A stretch of 64,000 bases of DNA from the human T2T-CHM13v2.0 reference genome, Homo sapiens. The stretch lies in assembly GCF_009914755.1 (NCBI RefSeq), contig NC_060947.1; one strand, given 5' to 3'. The notes under the pieces are model-generated. The model made no database searches and was not told the DNA's origin. It worked only from the letters and a program-made list of their open reading frames with translations. Below, piece by piece: positions 48,501-64,000 of the stretch. Positions within the stretch are counted from its first letter, which is position 1. The number at the start of each line of letters is the position of its first letter. The translations under genes and the position numbers were made by a program.

Positions 48501-49261
48501 TTATTATTAATATTATTATTTTACTTGGCACTCTTAAAAGGGACACTTCAAAGTACAGTGGGGATGCTGTCTTCTCTAAACTCTGCCCAAAACATAGACA
48601 GTTGCAAAGCTCTAGTTTCTCCCCTGATAACTTCCTGCCAGAGCTCATCAGAATATAGCAAGATCCCTGTACTTGGCTCAGTTAGGCCCTGTCACTCATA
48701 TCTCAGCTCTCTTCTCCTTAAGAGACAAGAATGTAGTCCAAAGGCCTTGGTAAGTTTTGATTCTGCTTTCTCCATCTTTTCTCAAGGCTTTCTCTTCTCA
48801 GGATGAATTTTCTCCTTTTTCTAATCACTTTTAATATTCCTACCTTTTTTATTTGCTTTATAAGCCTGTCATTTTTTGCTGATGGAGGTCACTGAAACTG
48901 ACTAAATCACCCCAAGACAGTCATTACCCCCGTACACACTGGGCTTCTGCGAGATTGGAGGGGGTTCACAAATAAAATACAGAGCATTAAAAGCATGGGC
49001 TAGCCGAGTGATCATGGATTTAGTCCTGGAATTGGCTCAGGAATATATAGATTCAACCATTCTCCACTGGATAACTTGAAAAAAAAGCAAAATTAGCCCT
49101 CACTCATGGAGGAACCCCAAACAGTTTAAAGCACCTCATATTACAAAATAAATCCACATACACTAAACAGGGAATAATAAGAACTACAACAAAAGAAAAA
49201 TTTTAGCCTTGGGATGATGTCAAAATCCTGCTTTAGCTCTTTTTACATGGCTTGTAAAAGA

Positions 49262-49445
49262 CTGTGTAATGTAATGGTTAAGAGCATGGACTTGAGTCCG
49301 GGCTCTGCCACTTAACTAACTGGGTAACTGGAAAAATTACTTCACTATACCTTGGCTTTCTTATTTGTAAAATCGGGTAATAATAGTAACTATATCATAG
49401 AGTTGCTGTGAAGATTAAATAAGATAATATGTATAAGATGGTGGA
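49262..49445 (+). mobile_element. MIR
   Basis: gtaatggttaagagcatggac...gttgctgtgaagattaaataagataat. Confidence 0.8.
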
Positions 49446-50765
49446 TACACTGTTAACAATGATTGCTTGTCAAACCCAGCCTCCCCTATCAGAAACCCTA
49501 TGGTTGCTTCTTCTTTCATGCTTTCCTGCACTGATTCAATTGCTTGTCCTTTTGTCATAGGCAGCTTCACTGCTGATTCCCTCCCTCCTTTCCTTCTTTT
49601 TTGACTCTTCTTATAGCCTCTTTAAACTTCCCCTCCCTGCAAAATGCCCTTTCACAAGCTGCTGTTAAAGCACCAGTGTTGTCTCAGTGCTTTTCCCCAT
49701 CCCAAGATCCAAGATTGCTTTCTCTTCCAGGAGCTCCAGCCTTATTAATGAAAAATAGCCAAATCCAGGGCACAGGGAGTGTGCTGCAGAGATTTTCAGA
49801 TGTAAAATAACAGCTGTTCTACCACAACTGTTGTTTTTGAGAAATTCAAACTGTTCAGACTAGACTCATGCCAAAAGGAATTCTTTCAGACCACTGAATA
49901 TGCCCTAATTAATTTCTAGACTAGGTCTAACTTCATCAGTGATCTGGGGGTTTAGGAAATCTTCATTTATCTTACTTTGTACTTCTTTGCTGTCTTCTCC
50001 CAACCTTCCTATGTCCTCATACCAGCTATCACTACATAAGGATGCCATCTGTTCTTCAAATCCCTTCCATAAAGACTTCTAATATTTACCTTCAGATTTT
50101 GTCCTTTGTTTTCAACTACTCCCAAGTCTCTAAGCAGTTAAAAATAGCCAATAAAGACTTTCAGACTAAAGGACTAAATCAATATCAAAAACAGTTAGGG
50201 AAAATATATATCAAGCAGTTCAGGTTAAACAAGTTCCATAAACTTAATACAACCTTCACAATATTGCCTAGGTCAATGAGCATGAGATCACAAACTCTTC
50301 TAAGGCCAAACAAGAAACCCATTCCTCTCAAAATAGATTCATGGGTACAGCTACAATACAGGTACAGGGGCTGCATATTTCAATGACACTTCTATGTTCA
50401 CATTACATTCTGAATACTACCCAATATCATTACAAGTCATTCCCAGCCATCACTGGCAAAACTTCAGAATCAGATCCAAATAAAACAAGCAGAAAGCACA
50501 CTAAATTATGGACAAGCAATCCTCTAGCATTTTCCAGTAAAATCTGCTGCATCCTGTGAAGATGATTAGACTATGAGTTTCAAGATAGCAAGGATTTTTG
50601 TCTGTTTTGTTCACTGTTGTGCTCCTAGGACCTAGCACCCATAGGAGGCATTCAACAAATATTTGTTGAGTGAAAGAATGACAGCCTCCTCAATTTTACA
50701 CTCTGGGGTGCTGTATCTTCCCCTGCCACTAACTACCACAGAAATTAAAATAAAATATTCTTTCT

Positions 50766-51387
<622 letters not shown>

Positions 51388-51440
51388 TTAAAAGACAGAA
51401 ACAAAGAGAATCCATACGCATTATGTCTTTGAAAAGGTGA

Positions 51441-51775
<335 letters not shown>

Positions 51776-51814
51776 AGGAAAAGAAATTTCAAAGGACATG
51801 ATTAACTGTTATCC

Positions 51815-51959
51815 TTTTGTTTTGTTTTGTTCTGTTTTTTAAGATACGGGGTCTCACTCTGTTCCCCAGGCTTGTCTTTAACTCCTGGGCTCAAGCAATC
51901 TTCCTGCCTTAGCCTCCCCAAGTAGCTGGGATCACAGGCATGAGCCACCACACCTAGGC
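51815..51959 (-). mobile_element. FLAM/Alu monomer
   Basis: Single antisense monomer with (TTTTG)n tail. Confidence 0.82.
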
Positions 51960-52004
51960 TGATTAGCTATTTTAATTACACTATTGACATAAGCAAACCT
52001 CTGT

Positions 52005-52490
52005 ATAATAAAATCTAAAATCCTTGTAATGGCCTACAAAGATCTGTATAATTTGGTTTCCTGGTTCCTCTGAGCTTGTCTCCTTCTCTACTCACTCTGC
52101 TGCAACCATGCTGACCTCCTTGCTGTTCCATGAATATCTCATGCAAGCTCCTTCTTCTGGGCCTTTGCACTTGCTATTTTCCTCTGCCCCAAATGCTCTT
52201 CATCCAGGTAGCTACATGCTCAAATGTTCCTTACCAGCCTGTTTGCAATAGCAACACCTCCACCCAGTACTCCCTGACCTCATTTTGACAACTATTTTTC
52301 TTGAACTATAGCATCTATCGTCATCTAACCTACCATAAATTTACTTGTTTATTTATTTTTTATATGTTGACCTTACTAGAATTTAAGCACAATAAAGGCA
52401 GGAAATTTTTTTTTAATTGCCATATGCCTGGGACCTGAAACTGAACCTGGCATGAGCTCAATAGATATTTGCTGAGTTAATGAATGAACA
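52005..52490 (+). mobile_element. LINE-2 3' part
   Basis: aaaatctaaaatccttgtaatggcctacaaag...gggcctttgcacttgct...ctcaatagatatttgctgagttaatgaatgaa. Confidence 0.8.
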
Positions 52491-52884
52491 AAAAGGCTGA
52501 AATAAGTGGGAAACTCTACCTTAGGAAAAAATTGCATCAACTATGATAGGCAAAGGTTTAATGGCTATTCTGTATAAAGAGTTTATTTGAATTTATTTTT
52601 AAAATGTCATCAAGACTAGGCTCATAGTAGACATTCAAGACAAATTTGTTCAATGAATGAATGAACAAATAAATGAGCATATAAATGGATAAAGGACATG
52701 AACAGTCAATTCATATGAGAAAATAAAAATAGGAAGCAAACATATGGGCAGGTATTCAACTAAAACAAGATTAAGGCAATAATAAGGTATTTATTAAATT
52801 AGCAATTTAAAATACTTAATGAAGAAGTTTCAATTCAACTAATAGCAATATAAATTCATAGAACTCTTTAAAAAATATATGTCA

Positions 52885-53780
52885 GTATGCTTCTGCTTAG
52901 AAGTAACAGGATGCCCAATTTAAATTGACTCAAACAAAGGGGATTTATTGAATCATACAACTAAGGGCTTAGGGTAAGGAGGATTCAAGGCACAATTTAA
53001 TCCTGGTTCTAGCTCTGTTTCTTTGTAACTCCTTCAGCTCTGCCTGCCTCTTTGTGTTTGCTTCATCCTCACATTGCCACCCTCATTGTTGCAAAAGGGC
53101 TGCTAAAGCAACTTTTCTCTTCCTTTTGAACATCCTGGGGAGAAGATTATGCTGCCTTCTAAAACCAGGAAAGAAGCTCTGGGCTCCACACTGACAGGGC
53201 CACCACTGAACCAATTTCTTTGGCCAGGGGAATACTATATGCTGAACAGCTTAAGCCTGGGTTACCTCAACAAAATACTATGGCAAAGGAATGGATTGCC
53301 CAGATTTGCTAAGACTAATGAGGGCTCATGATTGGAGGTGGTGGTGGTGGAGGAATCAATTCCACCCGTCAAATGGCTGTGATATGGTTTGGCTGTGTCC
53401 CCACCTAAATCTCATCTTGAATTGTAGCTCCCATAATTCCCACAAGTTTTGGGAGGGACCGGATGGGAGAAGATAATTAAATCATGGGGGCAGTTTCTCC
53501 CATAATATTCTCGTGGTAGTGAGTAAGTCTCACAAGATCTGATAGTTTTATAAAGGGTTTCCCCCTTTCACTTGGCTTTCATTCTCTCTTGCCTGCCACC
53601 ATGTAAGATGTGACTTTGCTTCTCATTTGCCTTCTGCCATGATTGCGAGGCCTCCCCAGCCATGTGGAACTGTGAGTCCATTAAACTTCTTTCCTTTATA
53701 AATTACCCAGTCTCGGGTATATCTTTATTAACAATGTGAGAATGGACTAATACAGGCTGCTTGGGAGATATGTCCACTGC
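52885..53780. mobile_element. Old MLT1-type MaLR LTR (host of THE1)
   Basis: tgcttagaagtaacagg...ggggatttattg...ccaccactgaaccaat resembles MLT1 LTRs. Confidence 0.5.
53380..53754 (+). mobile_element. THE1 (MaLR) solo LTR
   Basis: tgatatggtttggctgtgtcccc...ccattaaacttctttcctttataaattacccagtctcgggtat...ggactaataca; 5-bp TSD ggctg at 53375-53379 and 53755-53759. Confidence 0.93.
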
Positions 53781-54309
53781 AGCAATTTGGATGTACCTAT
53801 CAAGAGCCTTTAACCTAGTAATTACACTCTGAGAATTTATCCTAAGGAACAGATTCAAATGAAGTAAAGCTACATGCGTCAATATTTACTTTATCTCTGC
53901 ATTATATGAATAATTTTATTACCTGTAACAATAAATACTGTAAAAACTTAAATGCACAAATACTGAGAAATATTTTTAAAGTATGTTATGTAAATCAATA
54001 TTCCATGGATTATGATGTAACTATTAAGAATAATAATTATAGAAATATATAATGACATGAGGATACATATTACATTTTATATTATGATATAAAATAATCA
54101 TAATATAATCTGTAATCACATAAAATTCTGGTATACTAATCCTGGAATGGAACTTGAAGAGATGAAAACTGTCATATTTAGGTAGGGGAATTAAGGGTCA
54201 TTTTTTACAGTATTTACAATAAATTTTAAAATCAAAGGGTTACAATCCAAAGACAACTGAGAAATTTCTGAGAAGTATGTGTGCTCTAAGAATAAAATCA
54301 AATTCTCAG

Positions 54310-54440
54310 GGCCAGGTGCAGTGGCTCACGCCTGTAATCCCAGCACTTTGGGAGGCCGATGTGGGAAGATCACTTGAGGTCAGGAGTTCGAGATAAGCCT
54401 GGCCAAAATGTTAAAACCTTGTCTCTATTAAAAAAAAAAA
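54310..54440 (+). mobile_element. Alu left monomer
   Basis: Left arm ending in an A-run. Confidence 0.88.
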
Positions 54441-57189
54441 TTAGATTCTAGGCTAAGCCAATAGTTCCATAAAGCCCTGGGCAAAGCTGGCCTTCAACAT
54501 GCCTGCCTCTCATCATCACCAAAGCTTCCATTTCCTTTTTGGTTTCCTCTTCCCACTTTAGCATCTCCTCCACTGATATCCATGTATATTAGAACCTCCA
54601 GTCGTTATGAGAAAGATCTTAGAAATTCACTTACACTGAACTTCCTTAGTAACAGGACTTAGAGAGAGAAGTCATGCAGGGGTGGCAAATTTTAACCCAA
54701 ATAAATAAATAGATCTGAATGGATACTTTGAGCCAGTTCAACCTCAGGGCTGGAAAAGGAGAGGCCATTTTGGAAACGGAAGAGAAGAGACAGTATCTGT
54801 CATCTGTCTACTAATATCTAAAAATGTATTTAATTACTAAATTCAAAGCATTGTGAGAGATATAAATATGAGTAGAAATTACAGACTAAAAAAAGGTAAG
54901 CCATGTACACAAACAACTATAATAAAATGATGAAAATATGTACCATGAATGGGATTAAATGATATAGAAAATCAAAAACAGAATATTAATTTTAGCTGGT
55001 GATATTAGGAGAGGCTTCATGAAGAAGGTGATAGTACTTCTAGAGCGTGAAAGATAGGAAAGGTTTTAGTATGCATAGAAAGGGAAACAGGATTCCAGGC
55101 AGGGGCAACTGCATGGAAAATTCACTGAGGTGTATATAAGAATAGCAAGTACTAAATTTCAGAAAATCTAAGACATCCATGATTATAAGACACATTGCTA
55201 CTTTATGTAACACTAAGAAAAGATATAGACTGCCAATTAAACAATAACTCAATGCTTTCTATTCACTCAAAATTTTTATTCTATATTTGTTGAAAGAGTT
55301 ATTTTAGACTTTAGACATAGACAAAGCAAAATAAAATTATTATGATATTTCTAAAACTTCTTTTCATTAAGTCCAGCTTTCTTGAGTCTTTTTGACTCAT
55401 AGCCATTGAGTTCTGTGATTTTCCACATGGTATCATCCTCTGTGCCGTCAAGAGCATTGAGGGTGCTAAAGGAATGCTTCACTATTTTCTCTAGGATTAT
55501 CTTCCAAGCTGTTCGGACTTATTCTGCAAATCTGGATGTTAGTGCTTTCTTGATCTTACCAGAATGTCCCAGAGGATATTTGGATTAAGTTTACTCATGT
55601 GCACATGACGACTACATCATGAATGCAGCAAGGCTGACAGTGATTGTAAGACTCATCCCAATTTCAAAGATGTAAGGAAAATATGCATTTTGAGAATCAA
55701 TGAAATATGGAAGTTTAAGTAGTTTAAAATTCTTTATATATGATGTATGAAAGAAAGCAGTTACTCCTCTCCAGATTATCTTACCCAGAGTAAGTACCCT
55801 GAAAACATTGCTCTGGTTATATGACTCTTCAGCTCAACAACTGTCAATAGCTCCTCTTTGCTCCTAGAGTAAAGGCCAACCTCTTGAAGCCTGCATTTAA
55901 AGCCCTCCATAATCTAACCACAACCTATCTTACCTGTCTTATTTTCCACTAGTCATTCCTTGAACATATAAATAGGAGACTGGTTAAAAAGCTGTCATAA
56001 TAAATGTCAGGGGCCTGGGGAAAGAAAGGAAAAGGGGGACAGTTGAAAATGTTTTATTTATTTTTAAAAAAAGAAGTTTGAAAGGAAATAAACAGATTTG
56101 AAAAAGAAGCACATAGAGCATATAGAAATGAAAAACACAATAGAATCAAAACTAAAACATAATTGGTAGATTAGCCAATAGATTATTCAAAGGAACTGGG
56201 AACTTGGGCCTGAGTGATGGACATCCAGGATTTATGGCATTTCCGGTAGAGAAGATAGCTACAGCAGCACTGTGATCAGGATACTAAGCCTTGGCCAGTG
56301 CAAGTAGAAAAGTTTGAGCCTGGAATTCTTTAACTGAGCTGAGATCCAATGGGCTGAATTGTTCTGGGAGAATAGTGCCCAATGACCACATGCAGAAGGA
56401 TAATCATATCTACTCCAAACTTTCCCAAATTTAGAACCATGGGACCCCCACAGTTTAATATCAATCAATGAGCTCACAATTAAAATTACACAAGAAGGTA
56501 AGACATTATAAGAGAGGGTCAACTAGGAACAAGGAAATACAAAAGAGTTCTAGCTACCTAAGAAAAAAGATACTGAAATTGTTAGATACAGATTATAGAA
56601 CAAAGGATAATAAAAAGCTGAACAAGCAATAAGGTACTATTAGGAATAAACAGGTAGATTTTGGAAAAATAGAATTTCTTAAAATCAAAACTAAATTAAA
56701 AAAAAAAAAAACTCAGGAGTTCGACACCAGCCTGGGCAACATAGAGAGAGCCTGTCTCTACAAAAATAAATAACTAAATAAAAACTTATTAGAATAGGTG
56801 CTTTGATGGTCTTTCTGAGGTGCAAGAAGTGGTGAGTATATGAAATGGCAATCACATGTAAACCTAAATAAATACTAGTTGTATAAAATAAAAATAATAA
56901 TGATGTCTAATTTGTGGGGTTATAAAAAGGACAGAAATAAAATATGGGGCAAAAATAGCATGCAAGTCAGAAAAAAGAAGGTGATTGGATTTAAAGCACT
57001 CTAAAGCCCTTGTATTGTTTAGAAAAAAATTATACGTATTCACATAAGACTAATATGCATAGTAAAATTTCAAGGGTAATCTGTATAAATTCTAAACCCA
57101 CAGAGAGAAAAACAGGAAATAGGAAAAAAACCAAAGAACAATAACCCAAAAGTTTACAATAAAAAAGACACAAAGAGAAAGTGAGATGA

Positions 57190-57490
57190 GGCTGGGCGTG
57201 GTGGTTCACACCCGTAATCCCAGCACTTTGGGAGGCCGAGGCGGGCAGATCACGAGGTCAGGAGATCGAGACCGTCTTGGCTAACACGGTGAAACCCCGT
57301 CTCTACTAAAAATACAAAAATTAGCTGGGCATGGTTGCAAGCGCCTGTAGTCCCAGCTACTCAGGAGACTGAGGCAGGAGAATGGCCTGAACCCGGAAGG
57401 CGGAGCTTGCAATGAGCCGAGATCTCACCACTGTACTCCAGCCTGGGCAACAGAGCAAGACTCCGTCTCAAAAAAAAAAAAAAAAAGAAA
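57190..57490 (+). mobile_element. AluY/Sc-type
   Basis: gatcacgaggtcaggagatcgagacc...gctaacacggtg, ggagcttgca; TSD agaaagtgagatga. Confidence 0.94.
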
Positions 57491-57982
57491 AGAAAGTGAG
57501 ATGAGCAGAAAGTAAAAGGTAAGATAGAAGAGACAAATCTAAAGATATTATCACAGTAAATATAAACTAAACTATCTAAAAGACAGATTGTCAGGGAGGA
57601 TTTATAAACAAAAGCTAGCTATATGCTATTTACAAGAGACCAAAGAGTTGAAAGTAAAAGGATAGAAAAGTATATACCAGCTAAGAAGCAGTGAATTCAT
57701 ATTAAAATACACTTTAAGACAAAAAGCATCCTCGGAGTCTTTATATAACGAGAAAATGTTTAATTCACCAGGAAGATATAACTTTCCTAACTTGCATGCA
57801 TGTAAAACAGTGACCTCAAGCTATATAAAGCAAAAATTATAGAACCAAAAGGAGGAGTTTACAAATTCAACAAAAATTATAAAACGATGGCAAGGAATTT
57901 ATACATTCAACAAAATAATGGAATATTTTAACATACTTGTTTCAATTGATAAGACAAGCAGAAAGAAAATCAGTAAAGGTAC

Positions 57983-58373
57983 ATGCAATGATCCAAAATC
58001 CAGTTGTTGGAACTTAAACCCCAACATGATGGTATTAAGAACTGGGGTCTTTGGGAAGTGATTAGGCCTTGAGGGCTCCACTCTCATGAATGGGATTAAT
58101 GTCCTTATCAAAAGAAGTTTTAGAGAGCTGCCTGGACCTTCCATTTCTTCTGCCATGACAGGACTCAGCATTCATCCCTTTTGCCCTTCTGCATGTGAGG
58201 ATGCAGCAAGAAGGTACCATCTTGTAAGCAGAGAACAGCTTTCACTAGACACCAGTTCTGCCCATACCTTGATCCTGGACTTCTCAGCTTCCAGGACTGT
58301 GAGCAAGAAATTTCTGCTTATAAATTACCCAGTTTAAGGTATTTTGTTATAGCAGCAGAAATGGACTACGACA
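57983..58373 (+). mobile_element. MST/MLT1A-type MaLR solo LTR
   Basis: ccccaacatgatggtatta...ctcatgaatgggattaatg...ataaattacccag...gtattttgttatagcagcagaaatggactacgaca. Confidence 0.85.
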
Positions 58374-58734
58374 GTGTAGAAGAATATGCTATGACTAAAT
58401 GTGTTTATCCCAGAAATGCAAGTTTAGTTCAATATTAGAAAAATCTATAAATGTCATTCACCACATTAACAGATTAGATGAGAAAAACATGATTATGTCA
58501 ATAATGGAACTTCCTTAATGTAATAAAGGGTAACTACAAAACACCTGCAACAAATATTCCTAATGGGAAAGTTTTAGAAGCATTCCCTTTAAAATCATCA
58601 GGGGGAAAAAAACTGTTATCACTTTTTCTCAGCATGTACTGAAGGTCCTAGCTAGCACAGTAATTTCAGAAATTTAAGTTATAAAGATTAGAAGTAAATA
58701 AATAAAATTGTCATTATTCAAAGATATGATTATC

Positions 58735-59021
58735 GGCCAGGCACAGTGGCTTACGCCTGTAAACATAACACTTTGGGAGGCCGAGGTGGGTGGATCACTC
58801 GAGCCTAGGAATTGGAGACCAGACTGGGCAATGTGGCAAAACCCTATCTCTACAAAAGTACAAAAAATATTAGCCGGGCATGTGGTGCATGCTTGTAGTC
58901 CCAGCTACTCAGGAGGCTGGGGTGGGAGGATCACCTGAGCCCAGGGAGGTTTAGGCTGCAATGAATCATGATTGTGCCATTGCACTCCAGCCTGGGTGAC
59001 AGAGCGAGACCCTGTCTCAAA
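58735..59021 (+). mobile_element. AluJ
   Basis: J-type dimer. Confidence 0.92.
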
Positions 59022-59590
59022 ATTTTTTTAAATTTTTACGATTATCTACATAGAACATGCAAAATGGTGGGTACACAATTATTCCTTTTATTAGTTTAAA
59101 AATTAAATATACACATGTTAATATATAGTACATTACTGTTTTTTGTGTTTATACAACATGTATTGTTGTATTATGTATAAATACAACATAAATTGAATAT
59201 ATGCATGCTACATACTCTTGTATCTTATATGTATATAAAACAATTAAAAATCATATAACAGGGTTAAAATTTTATTAAAAATTGCTTGGGGAGGGAAGCA
59301 AGTGGGACCAGAAAGTGCTGACCGTCAAAATAGGAAGAGTTGAGAGACTAAAAGTAAAGTGAACATACGTCCTGATATTCCTAATACAGTCCCAGTTTAT
59401 TTTTATTTTCTTAGTGTAATTGTTAGTATAACCTGCCTCTCGCCTTCAAAAGTATTCCAGTTTAAGGGAAAAAATTATATTTCCTCCTAAGTATAATAGA
59501 AGTCATGGTAAGGAAGAAGAACAGAAGTAAGGGAATGAGAGAGGTTAAAGGGTAAGGGGTTCTGGTAAAAATGTGAGATCTTAAAGATAG

Positions 59591-59893
<303 letters not shown>

Positions 59894-60404
59894 AAGGTGG
59901 AAAAACTCTAGAGAGATGGCCAGAACTGGGCATGAAGTATAGTGTATGAGTAAATATAACGAGTAGGAAATAAAGATCATCAAGAGGAGAACAAGTAACA
60001 GTGAGCCCATCCTGTTGTAAGAGTTAGCTGTGTTAAATGTTAAAATCCCCAAAGACAAGGTACGCAGTGAAAAAGAAAATTGGGATTCTGTGCTAATATC
60101 ATTAATCAATGTATCCCAGGGGATTATAGATAACAGCTACAAAATGGGAAGAGTATGGTATAAGTGGATGGTGTGGACTTCAAAAGAGGAAGGGCTCATG
60201 AGAGACAGTGGAAAGCATGCCAAATAAGAGCAAAAAGGAAGTCAACCCCAAATCCTTGCTCTGAGTTTAGAGGCGAGAGAAAAAGTGGTTTCTATTTTGA
60301 GAGTTGCAAGAGAAGGCCAGATTTTAATTATGACAGTGAAGACTCCAGGAAAACATTCATTATTAAGGGAAGTTTGTTCACAAAAGAATAGAGGTTCCAG
60401 GAAG

Positions 60405-61145
60405 GCAGATATCTTTTCAACATACCAATTTCCTTTTCTTTGGATAGATAGCCACAAGTGGGATTGTTAGATCCTACGTTAATTCTATTTTTTAGTTTTT
60501 TGAGAAACCTCCATACTGTTTTTCATAATGGCTGCACTAATTTACATTTCCACTGACAGTGTATGAGAGTTCCTTTTTCTCTGCATCCTCACCAGCATTT
60601 GTTATTTTTTGTCTTTTTGATAATAGCTATTCTAACTGGGGTGAGAGGATATCTAATTGTGATTTTGATTCGCATTTCCCTGATTATTAGTGGTGTTGAA
60701 CATTTTTTTATATACATCTTGGCCATTTGTATGTCTTCTTTTGAGAAATGTCTATTCGGATCCTTTGCCCATCTTTTAATTGAATTATTTGTGTTTTGTT
60801 TTGTTTTTGTTTTTGTGTTTTTTGTTTGTTTGTTTGCTGTTGAGTTGTGTTCCATGTATATTCTGAATATATTAGTCTCTTGTCAGACGAGTTTGCAAAT
60901 ATTTTCTCCCATTCTGCAGGTTATCGCTTCACTATGTTAATTCTTTTGCTGTGCAGAGCTTTTAAGTTTGATATAGTCCCACTTGTCTCTTTTTGTTTTT
61001 GTTGCCTGTGTTTTTGAAGTCCTAACCATAAAATTTTTTTCTTGACCAGTGTTCTGGACTGTTTTCCCCTATGTTTTTTCCTAGCAGTTTTATAGTTTTA
61101 GGTTTTACACGTAGGTCTTTAATCCAATTTGAGTTAATTATTTTT
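60405..61145 (-). mobile_element. L1MA-type ORF2 3' region
   Basis: ORF 60589-60855 ([22 protein letters not shown]...[13 protein letters not shown]) is degenerate L1 ORF2 C-terminus. Confidence 0.9.
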
Positions 61146-61298
61146 AAATTTGAATACTTTTATTATGTTGTTGACAGAATAAATATCTGTATAACAAGTT
61201 CTGTCGTAGAAAATTATATTAAAGGAATTGTGATTAGGCTTGTCATTTCCCCAGTGTATGTACAAATGAGTTTATTTATAGCTAGATTTTACCATATT

Positions 61299-64000
<2,702 letters not shown>

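Larger units (their letters stand above)
56060..59280 (+). mobile_element. Fragmented ancient L1M(E) element, interrupted by Alus and an LTR
   Basis: Degenerate L1 motifs in collinear order: aaaagacagattgtcagg...tatgctatttacaagagac (endonuclease), ttcaccaggaagatata, tttatcccagaaatgcaag...ttcaatattagaaaatc (RT), gaagcattccctttaaaatca. Confidence 0.7.

Overview
Primate (human-like) genomic DNA, not a prokaryotic or viral locus. The only supportable gene is the 5' end of GPC3 (glypican-3) on the minus strand. Coding exon 1 is at 2405-2579, inside a CpG-island, GC-box/CCAAT, TATA-less promoter with a TSS near 2776; bases 1-2404 are intron 1. The remaining ~61 kb is upstream intergenic sequence dominated by transposable elements: about 30 Alu/FLAM copies, L1PA/L1M fragments, L2, MIR, MaLR LTRs (THE1, MST/MLT) and hAT DNA transposons, plus simple repeats. 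Nearly all other ORFs in the track are Alu/L1 read-throughs or GC-rich shadows. I found no convincing new biological system. The observations most worth follow-up are: (i) three SINE insertions stacked on one ~22-bp target site, producing a nearly abutting tail-to-tail inverted Alu pair (19278-20048); (ii) an orphan CpG-retaining, promoter-like patch at ~43.7-44.2 kb; (iii) repeat-free, motif-dense candidate GPC3 enhancers in intron 1 and at ~16-18 kb; (iv) nested TE stacks with readable TSDs. Repeat subfamily names and the boundaries of old elements are by-eye estimates.
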